The notes under the pieces were generated by a model. That model was given only the letters and a program-made list of their open reading frames with translations, ran no database searches and was not told the origin of the DNA. A program made the position numbers and the translations under genes. This document shows, in pieces, positions 44,473-54,948 of a DNA stretch of 64,000 bases. The stretch comes from an uncultured Solibacteraceae bacterium (GTDB taxonomy: Bacteria; Acidobacteriota; Vicinamibacteria; Vicinamibacterales; SCN-69-37). The DNA is taken from positions 34,597 to 98,596 of the forward strand of contig CAYYFE010000008.1 of NCBI GenBank assembly GCA_964471115.1, written 5' to 3'. Position 1 is the first letter of the stretch. Each line of letters starts with the position of its first letter.

Positions 44473-45147
44473 ATGCGCGCACTCGCCCCCCTCCTCTTCG
44501 TCGGCGTCGTGATCGCGGGATCGGGCACCACGTCATCGCTGGCGGCGCTGCCCGCGTCTGTCGCCAATGCCCAGGCCACCGCGCAGCAGCCTCAGCGCGG
44601 CGCCCCGCCACCGCAGGCGCCGCAGGGTCGAGGCCGCGGGCGCGGCGGCATCCAGATCATGACGCTCACCGCGCCGTGGGCGCCGGGCGCGGAGATTCCT
44701 GTGAAGTACACGCAGGCGGGCGGCGAGGTGTCACCGGCGCTGTCGTGGTCCGATCCGCCGGAAGGCACCGGCAGCTTCGTGCTGGTCGTGCACGACGTCT
44801 CGGCCCCCGTCGCGCCAGGGACGGACGATGTGCTGCATTGGCTGGTGTGGAACATCCCGGCCGAAGCGCGGTCGCTCGCCGAAGGCGTGCCCCAGGGGCC
44901 GCAGTTGGCGGACGGCACCCGTCAGATCAGTGTGACAGGCCCGCAGTACCGGGGACCCGGCGCCGCGGCCGATGGACCGGCGCACGTCTACCTGTTCGAG
45001 TTGTACGCCGTCGAGGGCACCGTGAACGTGCCGGCCCTTGGACCGGCCGGCGCCTCGGTGCCGCAGATTCGCGCCGCGGTCCTGTCGGCCATCGCCGGCC
45101 GCGTGCGCGGCAAGGCGGTGACGACCGGCGTGTTCAAGCGCCGGTAG
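44473..45147 (+). CDS. YbhB/YbcL family Raf-kinase-inhibitor-like (PEBP) protein
   Basis: ATG at 44473 (alternative GTG at 44464). SFVLVVHDVSAP...HWLVWNIP...YRGPG...HVYLFELYA is the bacterial PEBP pattern. Confidence 0.75.
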   Translation: MRALAPLLFVGVVIAGSGTTSSLAALPASVANAQATAQQPQRGAPPPQAPQGRGRGRGGIQIMTLTAPWAPGAEIPVKYTQAGGEVSPALSWSDPPEGTGSFVLVVHDVSAPVAPGTDDVLHWLVWNIPAEARSLAEGVPQGPQLADGTRQISVTGPQYRGPGAAADGPAHVYLFELYAVEGTVNVPALGPAGASVPQIRAAVLSAIAGRVRGKAVTTGVFKRR

Positions 45148-45988
45148 CCCTCGACAATCGGGCGCTCTCGTCCCACAGCCGCTGTGCCAACGCCCGGTCC
45201 CGCGCTAGCGGCGAGGGATCACGCGGATCGAACCGATCGAAATACTGTCCACTGACGGCCGCGAGGTCGGACCGGGTGGCCAAAGCGACGAGCGGCGCCG
45301 CGCCGTCTTCAATGGAGATGAAGGTCCGGCTGAGCCAGAACCGGATGATCGGCTTCGCCCACGAGGGCGCGCCCGACCAGATGTTGGTGGCCACGCGGCC
45401 CGGGTGGACGCTGTTCGACGTCACGCCGCTGCCGTCGAGCCGCCGCGCCAGCTCGGACGCAAACAACACGTTGGCCAGCTTCGAACGCGCGTACGCGCGC
45501 AGAATCTGATACCCGCGCTCGAACCCCAGGTCGTCGAAGTCAAGCGTGCCCTTGAAATGCCGGCCGGACGCCACCGTGATGACCCTCGCGGGGGCGCTGG
45601 CCGTCAACAACGGTCGCAGCTGCTCGGTGAGCAGGAAGTGCGACAGGTGATTGACGGCCAGTGTCGCCTCATGACCGTCCACGGTGAGGGTGCGCTTCGC
45701 GTACACGGCGCCGGCGTTGTTGATGAGCACATGGAGCGCCGGCAGATCGCGTGTGAGCCGATCGGCCAACGCCGCCACGGACGCGAGCGACGCGAAGTCG
45801 GCGATGTACGTCGCTGCTGTGTGTCCGGTGCGCTGCTCGACCCTTCGGGCGGCCTCGGCCAGTCGCGCCTCGTGGCGGCCGACCAGGACGACACGGGCGC
45901 CCTGACCGGCCAGCACGGCGGCCGCCTCAAGCCCGATGCCGCTTGTGGCCCCGGTCACCACGACGGTCCTGCCGGTCATCGTCCACAT
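45134..45988 (-). CDS. SDR family oxidoreductase
   Basis: TGATSGIG cofactor motif and the NNAG and YxxxK (YARSK) motifs. Alternative ATG at 45979. Confidence 0.85.
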   Translation of the reverse strand: MWTMTGRTVVVTGATSGIGLEAAAVLAGQGARVVLVGRHEARLAEAARRVEQRTGHTAATYIADFASLASVAALADRLTRDLPALHVLINNAGAVYAKRTLTVDGHEATLAVNHLSHFLLTEQLRPLLTASAPARVITVASGRHFKGTLDFDDLGFERGYQILRAYARSKLANVLFASELARRLDGSGVTSNSVHPGRVATNIWSGAPSWAKPIIRFWLSRTFISIEDGAAPLVALATRSDLAAVSGQYFDRFDPRDPSPLARDRALAQRLWDESARLSRATGA

Positions 45989-46038
45989 GCGCCCCTCATG
46001 CTACGGCAGCCGAGCGTGGGTTGGTCTATCCTCTTCCG

Positions 46039-46632
46039 GTGACCAGATCGCTGTCGCTCCTCCTGATTCTTGCCCTTTCCGCGTGCGCCGCCGAACCGGG
46101 CAATCCGAAAGTACCGGCCGGCGCCAAGAGTTCAGGCGGCCTGCACGGCGTGATTGAGACGGAGCTCGGAGAAATCGTGATCGAGTTCCTGCCCGGCGAC
46201 GCGCCGACGGCCGTCGAGAACTTCCGGCTCCTGGCAGAGCATGGTTATTACGACGGCCTCACCTTCCACCGCATCGTCAAGGGCTTCATGATCCAGGGCG
46301 GCGACCCGGAAGGGAACGGCACCGGGGGCCAGAGCGCGTGGGGCCCGCCGTTCAAGGACGAGATCAACCCGAACTCGCCGCTGTATCAGGGCGGGTATCA
46401 GCGCGGATTGGTGGCGATGGCCAACTCGGGGCCGAACACCAACGGCAGCCAGTTCTTCATCATGCATGCCGACTACCCGCTGCGGCCCGACTACGTGATC
46501 TTCGCGCGCGTCACGGCGGGCATGGCCACGGTGGACGCGCTCGCCAACCTGCCGGTGGTCCCGGCGCCTGGTGGCGAACCCAGCCAGCCGGCGTCTCCCC
46601 CGGTCATCCGCAAAGTCACCATCAGACCCTGA
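46039..46632 (+). CDS. cyclophilin-type peptidyl-prolyl cis-trans isomerase, lipoprotein
   Basis: GTG at 46039. Lipobox LALSAC. FHRIVKGFMIQGGDP and NTNGSQFFI signatures. Confidence 0.85.
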   Translation: MTRSLSLLLILALSACAAEPGNPKVPAGAKSSGGLHGVIETELGEIVIEFLPGDAPTAVENFRLLAEHGYYDGLTFHRIVKGFMIQGGDPEGNGTGGQSAWGPPFKDEINPNSPLYQGGYQRGLVAMANSGPNTNGSQFFIMHADYPLRPDYVIFARVTAGMATVDALANLPVVPAPGGEPSQPASPPVIRKVTIRP

Positions 46633-46652
46633 CCGCTTCATCGAGGACGAAG

Positions 46653-48191
46653 ATGCGCAGACACATCGCCACGATTGCCGCCGTTACGACGCTGTTCACG
46701 TTGATCGTCGCGCTGCCGCGCGCGCAGGCGCCGGCCGGCGCCCCGCCGGCACCGGCGCAGACTGCCGGGGAGGAGTGGTCGACGACGCAGCACACGATGA
46801 AGCTGGGGAACCAGACGATTCCCTACACGGCCATGGCGGGCACCACGGCCATCAAGAACGACGCGGGTGACGTGCTGGGCCTGATGTACTCGGCGTCGTA
46901 CGTGCGCAGCGACGTGACCGACAAGAGCACGCGGCCGGTAACGTTCCTCTTCAACGGCGGTCCGGGGTCGGCGTCGATGTGGCTGCACATGGGGTCGGTC
47001 GGGCCCAAGCGGGTGGTGACCCCCAGCGACAACCGATTCGCCCCGCCCGCGCCGTACGCGATCGTCGACAACCAGGAGACCCTGCTCCACCGCAGCGACC
47101 TGGTGTTCATCGATGCGATGGGCACGGGGTTCAGCCGCATCACCGGGCGCGGCACCGAACGCGATTTCTACGGCGTCGATGAAGACGCCAACGCCTTTGC
47201 CCAGTTCATCACCACGTGGCTCAGCCGCAACGGGCGCTGGAACTCGCCGAAGTACATCATCGGCGAGAGTTACGGCACGTTCCGCGGCGCGGTGGTCGCC
47301 AACCTCCTGCACCAGCGCGGCGTCCATCTCAATGGACTCAACCTGTTGTCGATGGTGCTCGACCTGTCGACGATCACGTTCGCGCCGGGTGACGACCGTC
47401 CCTACATCTACTACCTGCCCAGTTACGCCGCGGTGGCGTGGTATCACGGCGTGCTGCAGAACAAGCCGGCGTCGCTCACGCAGTTGCTGGAGGACGCCCG
47501 GCGATATGCGGTCTCGGATTACGCCGCGGCGCTGATGAAGGGATCGGCGCTGACCGAGGCCGAGATGAACACTGTGGCAGCGCGGCTGTCGTCGTTCACC
47601 GGCCTGTCGGCCGACTATCTCAAGCGCGCCAACCTGCGGCCGACGCTCGCTCAGTTCAACGCGGAACTCATGCGCTCCCGCCGGCAGACGGCCGGCCGGA
47701 TCGATGCCAGGTTCGCGGGCGAGATGTTTAATCAGCTGACGGAGAATTCCGAGAACGATCCGTTCAACTTCGCGGTGAGCGGCGCGTACACGGCCGCCGT
47801 GAATCACTACTCGCGCGAGGTTCTGAAGTTCGGCGCTGACCGGCCGTATCTCAACACCAACGGCGCCGGCGGCCGCTGGAACTGGGTGCGGCAGACGGGC
47901 GGACGGGGGTTCTTCCCGTCCGCGCCCAACGTGCAGAACGACCTCGTGCAGGCGATGGTCGCCAATCCCCACATGGTCGTGCAGGTGGAAAACGGCTACT
48001 ACGACATGGCCACGCCGTTTTTTCCGGCGGAGTTCACCATGTCCCACCTGGGAATCTCCGAGCGCCTGCGCCGCAACATCACGCTGAAGTACTACGAGTC
48101 GGGCCACATGATGTACCTGCGCGACGAGGACCGCGTGGCTCTGCGCAACAGCCTCGCGGAGTTCATCGACAACGGGATGAAGAGCCGGTAA
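46653..48191 (+). CDS. serine carboxypeptidase-like peptidase (S10 family)
   Basis: ATG at 46653 with a signal peptide. FNGGPGSASMWLHMG and the catalytic GESYG motif. Confidence 0.75.
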   Translation: MRRHIATIAAVTTLFTLIVALPRAQAPAGAPPAPAQTAGEEWSTTQHTMKLGNQTIPYTAMAGTTAIKNDAGDVLGLMYSASYVRSDVTDKSTRPVTFLFNGGPGSASMWLHMGSVGPKRVVTPSDNRFAPPAPYAIVDNQETLLHRSDLVFIDAMGTGFSRITGRGTERDFYGVDEDANAFAQFITTWLSRNGRWNSPKYIIGESYGTFRGAVVANLLHQRGVHLNGLNLLSMVLDLSTITFAPGDDRPYIYYLPSYAAVAWYHGVLQNKPASLTQLLEDARRYAVSDYAAALMKGSALTEAEMNTVAARLSSFTGLSADYLKRANLRPTLAQFNAELMRSRRQTAGRIDARFAGEMFNQLTENSENDPFNFAVSGAYTAAVNHYSREVLKFGADRPYLNTNGAGGRWNWVRQTGGRGFFPSAPNVQNDLVQAMVANPHMVVQVENGYYDMATPFFPAEFTMSHLGISERLRRNITLKYYESGHMMYLRDEDRVALRNSLAEFIDNGMKSR

Positions 48192-48727
48192 TGGACCGCA
48201 CCGTCCAGACCATCGAGTCCGTCACGCGCGATGCGCAGGCGGCCTTCGGCGGACTGTCAGCCGACGCGCTCAACTGGGCCCCGGCGCCCGGCAAGTGGTC
48301 GATCGCGCAGTGCCTGGATCACCTGATCACGATCAATCGCCTGTACTTCCCCACCTTCACGGCGATGGCCGACGGGCGGTACGAGCCCTCGTGGTGGGCC
48401 CGCGTGTCTCCGCTCAGCGGCTTCTTTGGCCGGTTCCTGGTGAACGCGCTCCGGCCGGACAACCCGAAACCCGTGAAGACGACATCGCGGGCGCAGCCGT
48501 CTTCGTCGCGCATCTCCGCTGACATCGTCGATCGGTTCGCCGCGCACCAGGGGGAACTGGTCCGGCACCTCCGGGCCCTCCCGGCGTCACTGGATCCCGC
48601 GAAGACGCGGATGGCGTCACCCCTGCTGGGGTTCGTGACGTACTCGTTGGCCGACTGCCTGACGATGCTGGCGGTGCACGAAGAGCGGCACCTCAATCAG
48701 GCGAAGCGGGTGCTGGCCGCGCGGTGA
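48191..48727 (+). CDS. DinB-like (DinB_2) family protein
   Basis: KWSIAQCLDHL and HEERHLNQA His motifs of the DinB superfamily. Start overlaps the upstream stop. Confidence 0.65.
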   Translation: MDRTVQTIESVTRDAQAAFGGLSADALNWAPAPGKWSIAQCLDHLITINRLYFPTFTAMADGRYEPSWWARVSPLSGFFGRFLVNALRPDNPKPVKTTSRAQPSSSRISADIVDRFAAHQGELVRHLRALPASLDPAKTRMASPLLGFVTYSLADCLTMLAVHEERHLNQAKRVLAAR

Positions 48728-48779
48728 GGGGTCGGGAAGCCCGCGCTCGTCTCGCGGCGCGGCGACGGAGGCGCGCCCC

Positions 48780-49751
48780 ATGACCATGCGAGCGGCGGTG
48801 GTGGACCGATACGGTCCACCCGAGGTCGTGCGCATCGCCGAGGTGCCAAGACCTGTCCCGCGTGCACAGGAGGTACTGGTGCAGGTCACGGCCGCCGCCG
48901 TGACCTCGGGCGACGCACGCATTCGAGCCGGGCGGTTCCCGCCGGGATTCGGCCTTCTCGCGCGAATCGCGTTCGGGCTGACGGGGCCACGACGTCCGGT
49001 GCTCGGCAGCGCCTTTGCGGGCGTCGTCGCGGCTGTCGGCGCTCGTGCCGGGGCCCTGGCGCCCGGGGACCGCGTGTGCGGCATGATGGGCATGGCCCTG
49101 GGCGCCCATGCGGAGTTTCTGACGATTGACGCCGCCAGGGTCGCTGGCATTCCGCCCGGCGTCAGCGACGACGCCGCCGCGGGAGTGCTCTTCGGCGGCA
49201 CGGCGGCGCTGCACTTCCTGCACGACAAGGCGCACGTCGGCCTGGGCGCGACGGTGCTGATCAACGGCGCCTCTGGTGCGGTCGGCACGAACGCGGTCCA
49301 GCTCGCGAAGCACTTCGGCGCGACGGTCACGGCGGTCACCAGCGCCAGACACTCGTGGCTCGTCACGCAGCTGGGGGCCGATCGGGTCGTCGACTACACG
49401 ACGACCCCTGTCGACACGCTGGCGGAGCGTTTCAACGTCGTGCTCGACGCCGTGGGTAACCTGACACCCGAGTCGGGAAAGCGGCTGCTGACCGATCAGG
49501 GCGTACTGGTGCTCGCCGTGGCGAGTCTCGGAAACACCGTTCTCGCACGGCGACAGGTCGTCGCCGGATCGGCACCCGAACGCGTCGCCGACTACAACAC
49601 CCTGCTCCGACTGATCGCTGACGGCGCGCTCACCGTCGTCATCGACCGGACCGTCGACCTCGACCACATCGTTGACGCCTACCGCCTCGTCGATGGCGGG
49701 CACAAGCGAGGGAACGTCCTTGTGCGCCCTTCGGCCGGTGCCGCGCGGTGA
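48780..49751 (+). CDS. zinc-independent medium-chain dehydrogenase/quinone oxidoreductase family protein
   Basis: MRAAVVDRYGPPEVVRIAEVPRPVP...VLVQV and the INGASGAVG nucleotide-binding motif. Confidence 0.75.
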   Translation: MTMRAAVVDRYGPPEVVRIAEVPRPVPRAQEVLVQVTAAAVTSGDARIRAGRFPPGFGLLARIAFGLTGPRRPVLGSAFAGVVAAVGARAGALAPGDRVCGMMGMALGAHAEFLTIDAARVAGIPPGVSDDAAAGVLFGGTAALHFLHDKAHVGLGATVLINGASGAVGTNAVQLAKHFGATVTAVTSARHSWLVTQLGADRVVDYTTTPVDTLAERFNVVLDAVGNLTPESGKRLLTDQGVLVLAVASLGNTVLARRQVVAGSAPERVADYNTLLRLIADGALTVVIDRTVDLDHIVDAYRLVDGGHKRGNVLVRPSAGAAR

Positions 49752-49767
49752 CGTATGCTATCGCGTT

Positions 49768-51138
49768 ATGCGCACCATCACGCTGCTTGTCACGGCGGCC
49801 CTGCTTGCCGGCTGCGCGCCGGCCGGTCCGCCTCCCCCACCTGACAGTCCGGCCGCGCCGGCAGACGGCCTGACGCCCGCGGCCGAGCGCGCCCGCACCG
49901 AACGCGAGTGGACGCTCAAGGCCGACAAGATGCGCCGGCATCTGATTCCCACGATGCGCAAACACGGCGTCGACCTCTGGGTGGTGATGAGCCGCGAGAA
50001 CGCGCCCGACCCGGTGGTGGAGCTGTTCGGCGGCAGCGGCATCACGGGGTGGTACGGGCATCGCAACGCGTACCTGTTCTTCGATCGCGGCGGTGACGCC
50101 GCCACCGCGCTCGAGACGACGGTCTACGGCACCCACCTGTCCGGCCACCTCTCGCGGTTCTACAACACGGTGCAGAGCTACGGCGAGCCCGGCTTGAAGC
50201 CGCTGCTGCAGAAGTACGTCGCCGACCGCGATCCAAAACGCATTGCCATCAACCAGTCGCGCACGATCAGCATGGCCGACGGTCTGACGGCCGAACTGAA
50301 GGACTACCTGGTCGACGCCATTGGTCCGGCCTACGCGGCACGGACGACGTCCTCGGAGCCGTTGCTGGTCGACTACGTCTCGGTGCACACCCCCGAGGAA
50401 GACGCGGTACAGATCGAAGCCGCCAAGGCCACCTACGACATCCTTCGCCGCGCGTTCTCGAACGAAGTCATTACACCCGGCAGGACGACGCTGATGGACG
50501 TGCACTACTGGATCACCGCCGAGCGCAAGCGGCAGGGATTCGAGTTCAACTTCAACGCCAGCCTCGACCTGCAGCGCTTCCGCGACGGCAAGGTCGTGTC
50601 GATCGATGATTCCGAAGACCCGGTCATCGAGCGCGGCGATGTGCTGCACGTCGACTTCGGTGTCCGGCTGTCGGGCCTGGTGACCGACCAGCAGAAGATG
50701 GCCTACGTGCTGCGGGACGGCGAAAGCGCGCCGCCGGCCGGCATCCTGAAGGCGTTTGCCGATTCGCAGCGGGCGGCCGACCTGCACGCCGCCGAACTGG
50801 TGCCCGGGCGCACCGGCATCGACATCAAGACCCGGTCCGAGGCCGCCGCCAGGGCTGAGGGGATCGATCTCCTCGTCTACTCCCACGTGCAGGGCTACTG
50901 GGTTCACGACGCGGGGACGTGGACGGTGTTCGACTGGCCCGAACGCTACGGCGCGCATCCCCGCACGCCCCTACATCCCGGCGTCTGGTTCTCGCTGGAG
51001 TTCCGCACGCGCACGGCCGTGCCCGAATGGGGCGGCCAGCTCGTGTCGATGCAACGCGAGGAAGACATGATCGTTCCCGCGTCCGGCCCCGCCCGCTACA
51101 CGGCGGGTCCGCAGACCGAGTTGTGGGTCATTCGGTAA
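49768..51138 (+). CDS. M24 family metallopeptidase (Xaa-Pro aminopeptidase-like), lipoprotein
   Basis: ATG at 49768. Lipobox LLAGC. Creatinase-like N-domain then a pita-bread region (GDVLHVDFGV...). Confidence 0.6.
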   Translation: MRTITLLVTAALLAGCAPAGPPPPPDSPAAPADGLTPAAERARTEREWTLKADKMRRHLIPTMRKHGVDLWVVMSRENAPDPVVELFGGSGITGWYGHRNAYLFFDRGGDAATALETTVYGTHLSGHLSRFYNTVQSYGEPGLKPLLQKYVADRDPKRIAINQSRTISMADGLTAELKDYLVDAIGPAYAARTTSSEPLLVDYVSVHTPEEDAVQIEAAKATYDILRRAFSNEVITPGRTTLMDVHYWITAERKRQGFEFNFNASLDLQRFRDGKVVSIDDSEDPVIERGDVLHVDFGVRLSGLVTDQQKMAYVLRDGESAPPAGILKAFADSQRAADLHAAELVPGRTGIDIKTRSEAAARAEGIDLLVYSHVQGYWVHDAGTWTVFDWPERYGAHPRTPLHPGVWFSLEFRTRTAVPEWGGQLVSMQREEDMIVPASGPARYTAGPQTELWVIR

Positions 51139-51165
51139 AGACACGACAGTTCTTCGAGGTAGCCG

Positions 51166-53781
51166 ATGCGTATTCTCACCACCCTGTGCGTTCTCCTCAT
51201 CGTCACGCTCGTCGACATCAGCGGCGCTCCGCAGTCGACCTCGCAGACTGCCCCGGTGCCGATCGGCCTGACGTGGCGCAACGTGGGGCCCGGCGGGACG
51301 GGCACCCGGATCGTGGACTTCGCCGTCGTCGAGACGCGTCCGCACATCGTGTACGCCGCGACGGCATCCAGCGGCGTGTGGAAGACGATGAACGGCGGCA
51401 CCACGTGGACGCCGCTGTTCCAGCACGAAGCGTCCATCTCGATCGGCGGGATTGCCGTGGCGGCGACCAACCCCGACATCGTCTGGGTGGCGACCGGTGA
51501 ACCCAACATGCGCAATCTGCGCAGCACCTCGTGGGGATCGGGCATCTACAAGAGCGTGGACGGCGGCCGCACCTGGCGGCAGATGGGGCTCGCGGATTCG
51601 CGGCACATGGGACGCGTGGTGATTCACCCGTCCAATCCGGACGTCGTGTTCGCCACGGTGATGGGTTCGATGTGGCAGAACGATCCGCAGAAGAGCGCCG
51701 TGCGCGGGCTCTACAAGACCACGGACGGCGGGGCGACCTGGCGCAAGACGCTGTCGGCCGGAGCGAACGCGGGCGTCGTCGACGTGGCGATGGATCCCAC
51801 CAATCCCGATGTGCTGTACGCGGCTGCCTGGCATCGCGAGCGGCGTGACTGGAGCTACATCAACGCAGGCGACCAGAGCGGGCTGTTCAAGTCCACCGAT
51901 GGCGGCGAAACCTGGACGCGGCTGACCACCGGGATGCCGACGACGCCCACCGGACGGCCGGGCGTGACCGTGTGCCGGTCGCGCCCGGCAACGCTGTACG
52001 CCGTCGTTGAAGGGACCGACGGTGGCATGTATCGATCGACGGACGGCGGAGCCACGTGGACGCGCCGCAACACGATGTCGGCGTCGTCGATGTACTACGG
52101 GCAGGTGCGCTGCGATCCGAACGATCCGGAACGCGTGTACGTGCTGCAGACCCAGATGGCCATCTCGACCGACGGCGGCGCGACGTTCACACAGGACATT
52201 CCCGGCCGCAGCGTGCATGTGGATCATCACGCGCTGTGGATCAATCCCGCGGACTCGGACCATCAATGGCTCGGCAATGACGGCGGCATCTATCAGACCC
52301 ACGACCGCGGCGCCACATGGCGCTTCCACGGGCAGCTGGCGGCCACGCAGTTTTACGCCGTGGCGGTCGACATGCGTGAGCCGTTTTATTACGTCTGCGG
52401 CGGCACCCAGGACAACAACTCGCTGTGTGGACCGTCCGCGACGCGGAACGCCGACGGCATCGTCAACACCGATTGGTATGTGACGACCGGCGGCGACGGA
52501 TTCGCGCTCCAGATCGACCCCACCGACCCGTCCATCGTGTACACCGAAGCGCAGTACGGCGCGCTGGTGCGGTTCAATCCATTCACCGGCGAACGGCGGC
52601 GCATCCAGCCGCAGGCGCCGCAGGGCCAGCGCTACCGCTGGAACTGGAACGCCCCGATGCGGATCTCGCCGCACGATCCGAAGACCTTCTATTACGGTGC
52701 GCAGTTCCTGTTCCGCACGCGTGACGGCGGCGCCACCTGGGACACGGTGAGTCCCGATCTCACACGGCAGGTGCCAATCGACGAGCGGTACCGCATTTCC
52801 GACTACGGCACGTTGTTGTGGATCGACGAATCGCCGCGGCGCGCGGGCTGGCTCGCCGTGGGCACGGACGACGGCCTGATTCAGCTCAGTGAGGATGGTG
52901 GCACGACGTGGCGGCAGGCCGCGCCGATTCCCGGGGTTCCCGAGCGCGCGCAGATCCGGCGCGTGTTCCACTCCTCGCACGACGAACGGACGCTCTACGC
53001 GGCGGCCTCCGCGCATGAAGACGATGACTACCGGCCGTTCCTCGCGCGCAGCACCGACCACGGCCGGACCTGGACACGCATTGACGGATCGCTGCCGCCG
53101 GGTGCGCCCGTGATGTCGCTGGTCGAGGACCCCGTCAATCCTCGGCTGCTCTTCACCGGCACGATCTACGGCATCCACGCCACCATTGATGGCGGGGACC
53201 GTTGGTTCTCGCTCGCGTTGAATCTGCCGACGACGGCGGTGCACGACCTGGTGATTCATCCGCGCGAGGGCGACCTGGTCCTTGGCACCCACGGGCGTGG
53301 CATCTGGATTCTCGATTCGCTGGCCGGCCTGCGGGGCCTGACGGCAGAGGCGCTGGCCCGTCCGGGCGCGCTCGTTGGCACACGGCCCGGCATGCTCCTG
53401 ACCCGCTTCGACCGTGGCCGCACCTGGTACGGCGACGACTTCTTCACCGCTCCCAACCCGGTCGACGGCGTGTATCTCGATGTGTACCTGAATTCGTCAT
53501 CCAGCGCCTCGGCCACGCTGGAAATCGCGGATGGTGCCGGTCAGGTCATCCGTCGGCTCGACGCTCCCGCCGGACGCGGCCTGCAGCGGGTCGTGTGGGA
53601 CATGCGGCGTGACGCACCGGGCGGCGCGGCCGCGGCCCCAGGCGCCGCGGGGCAAGGCGGCCGTGGACGCGGCGGCGCACAGCGGCCGCTGGTCGAGCCG
53701 GGCACGTACGAGGCGCGGCTGACCGTGGACGGGGTCACGACCCGGATGCCGGTCGTGGTGCGGCCGGATCCGGGGCGCTAG
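51166..53781 (+). CDS. sortilin/VPS10-like BNR (Asp-box) repeat protein
   Basis: At least ten Asp-boxes SxDxGxTW (SVDGGRTW, TTDGGATW, STDGGETW, STDGGATW, THDRGATW, TRDGGATW, SEDGGTTW, STDHGRTW and others), plus a signal peptide. Confidence 0.8.
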   Translation: MRILTTLCVLLIVTLVDISGAPQSTSQTAPVPIGLTWRNVGPGGTGTRIVDFAVVETRPHIVYAATASSGVWKTMNGGTTWTPLFQHEASISIGGIAVAATNPDIVWVATGEPNMRNLRSTSWGSGIYKSVDGGRTWRQMGLADSRHMGRVVIHPSNPDVVFATVMGSMWQNDPQKSAVRGLYKTTDGGATWRKTLSAGANAGVVDVAMDPTNPDVLYAAAWHRERRDWSYINAGDQSGLFKSTDGGETWTRLTTGMPTTPTGRPGVTVCRSRPATLYAVVEGTDGGMYRSTDGGATWTRRNTMSASSMYYGQVRCDPNDPERVYVLQTQMAISTDGGATFTQDIPGRSVHVDHHALWINPADSDHQWLGNDGGIYQTHDRGATWRFHGQLAATQFYAVAVDMREPFYYVCGGTQDNNSLCGPSATRNADGIVNTDWYVTTGGDGFALQIDPTDPSIVYTEAQYGALVRFNPFTGERRRIQPQAPQGQRYRWNWNAPMRISPHDPKTFYYGAQFLFRTRDGGATWDTVSPDLTRQVPIDERYRISDYGTLLWIDESPRRAGWLAVGTDDGLIQLSEDGGTTWRQAAPIPGVPERAQIRRVFHSSHDERTLYAAASAHEDDDYRPFLARSTDHGRTWTRIDGSLPPGAPVMSLVEDPVNPRLLFTGTIYGIHATIDGGDRWFSLALNLPTTAVHDLVIHPREGDLVLGTHGRGIWILDSLAGLRGLTAEALARPGALVGTRPGMLLTRFDRGRTWYGDDFFTAPNPVDGVYLDVYLNSSSSASATLEIADGAGQVIRRLDAPAGRGLQRVVWDMRRDAPGGAAAAPGAAGQGGRGRGGAQRPLVEPGTYEARLTVDGVTTRMPVVVRPDPGR

Positions 53782-53796
53782 CGGCGAGACACGGGA

Positions 53797-54948
53797 TCAC
53801 AGCGGCAGCTCGAGCAAATCGGACACGCCTCGCTGCCCAAGGTAGTTGCCGGCGACGTGCAACCACGGCGGCAGCCGCGCACGGACATAGGCCAGGCGGG
53901 CGACCGCCTCGTCGTAAATCGGAAAGGCCTCAGGCCACCAGGCGATGTGATGACCGACGGGCGCCACTGTCCGCCCAGTCAGAACGCGGCGGTCGACAGC
54001 GACGTGATCGAGCAGCGCCTCCTGGGGCGGCAACGCTGACCCGTCAGGCCCCCCGTAGATCCACGTCTCGGAGCGCCTGGATCCGCGGCCGGGGAAAACA
54101 TCGGTGTTGAACAACACTCCCAGGGCGGTCACGCCTGAATCGCGCGGGAACAACACGCCGAAGCCTCGAAGGTCTGTGGGCTCCGGATCGTAAAACGTCG
54201 TCACGCTCGCCAGCGCGGCGAGCTGGACAGCACCGATGGCCGCACCGGCGTCGGGCGCGTGCGGCGTGATGAGCCGTGCGGCGACCGGCGCACTGGTGCA
54301 CACCCAGGTGGGCGCCTGGTCGTCGAGTGCGGTGATCGGCCGGCTGAAATGAAACGTCACGCCGCGCCGATCGAGCGCGGCGTGCAGCCTGCGGACAAAC
54401 TCCCCCATGCCGCCTGCCGGTGCGGCCATCACGACCCGGCGTGAGCGCCGATGACCGAAGACCGCGGTGGCCGACAGCGCCTCCGGCGGCGCGGCGTAGA
54501 TGCCCTGCAGCGCCGGCCCCAGCAGGTGCGTGGTCGCGGCTCGCCCCAGCACGCGGTGGCTCCACGCCGCCACGGTTTCGCCGGATCGGGGTTGGGTCCG
54601 CCCTCGCAGCTTTGCCGACGCGAACCGAACGATGGTGCCGAACGTTTCGGTGGGCGTGAGCGGCCAACGCCGCGGACGCCCGTTCCGGTAGACGTACCGG
54701 CGTCGACTGGTGTCGAGCGCGACGACGGGCTCGATCGACAATCGCGCAAACCAGTCGCGCACGCGATCGTTCAACACGAAGGCGTTCGCCGCGTGTTCGG
54801 CCGGCCCCCATGGCGTCTGCGTCGTGCCAATCAGTCCGCCAGGTGCGGTCCCGGCTTCGAACACCTCAACGCGGTCGCCGCGTTCCGCCAGCCGCCACGC
54901 GATCGCCAACCCGGTCAGGCCGGCGCCAATGACTCGCGCCGTTCTCAT
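53797..54948 (-). CDS. FAD-dependent proto/coproporphyrinogen oxidase-like oxidoreductase
   Basis: N-terminal VIGAGLTGLAIAWRLAERGDRVEVFE dinucleotide fold. Last gene of the heme operon, with a 4-nt overlap with hemN. Short (383 aa) for a HemY-type enzyme. Confidence 0.6.
   Translation of the reverse strand: MRTARVIGAGLTGLAIAWRLAERGDRVEVFEAGTAPGGLIGTTQTPWGPAEHAANAFVLNDRVRDWFARLSIEPVVALDTSRRRYVYRNGRPRRWPLTPTETFGTIVRFASAKLRGRTQPRSGETVAAWSHRVLGRAATTHLLGPALQGIYAAPPEALSATAVFGHRRSRRVVMAAPAGGMGEFVRRLHAALDRRGVTFHFSRPITALDDQAPTWVCTSAPVAARLITPHAPDAGAAIGAVQLAALASVTTFYDPEPTDLRGFGVLFPRDSGVTALGVLFNTDVFPGRGSRRSETWIYGGPDGSALPPQEALLDHVAVDRRVLTGRTVAPVGHHIAWWPEAFPIYDEAVARLAYVRARLPPWLHVAGNYLGQRGVSDLLELPL

Noticed and set aside
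46638-48107. 489-aa minus-strand ORF. The same applies to the 439-aa ORF 49639..50958, 458-aa ORF 39592..40968, 398-aa ORF 21816..23012 and 310-aa ORF 16014..16946
   Set aside because: All are antisense or off-frame shadows of genes with clear family motifs (GESYG peptidase, M24 peptidase, cyclase/phosphatase, ADOP/PadR, paralog operon). All have Arg/Gly/His/Pro-rich biased translations.
50971-53292. 773-aa minus-strand ORF
   Set aside because: It is antisense to the Asp-box repeat protein, whose ten SxDxGxTW motifs identify the true frame. The antisense product is Arg/Gly/His/Pro-biased.
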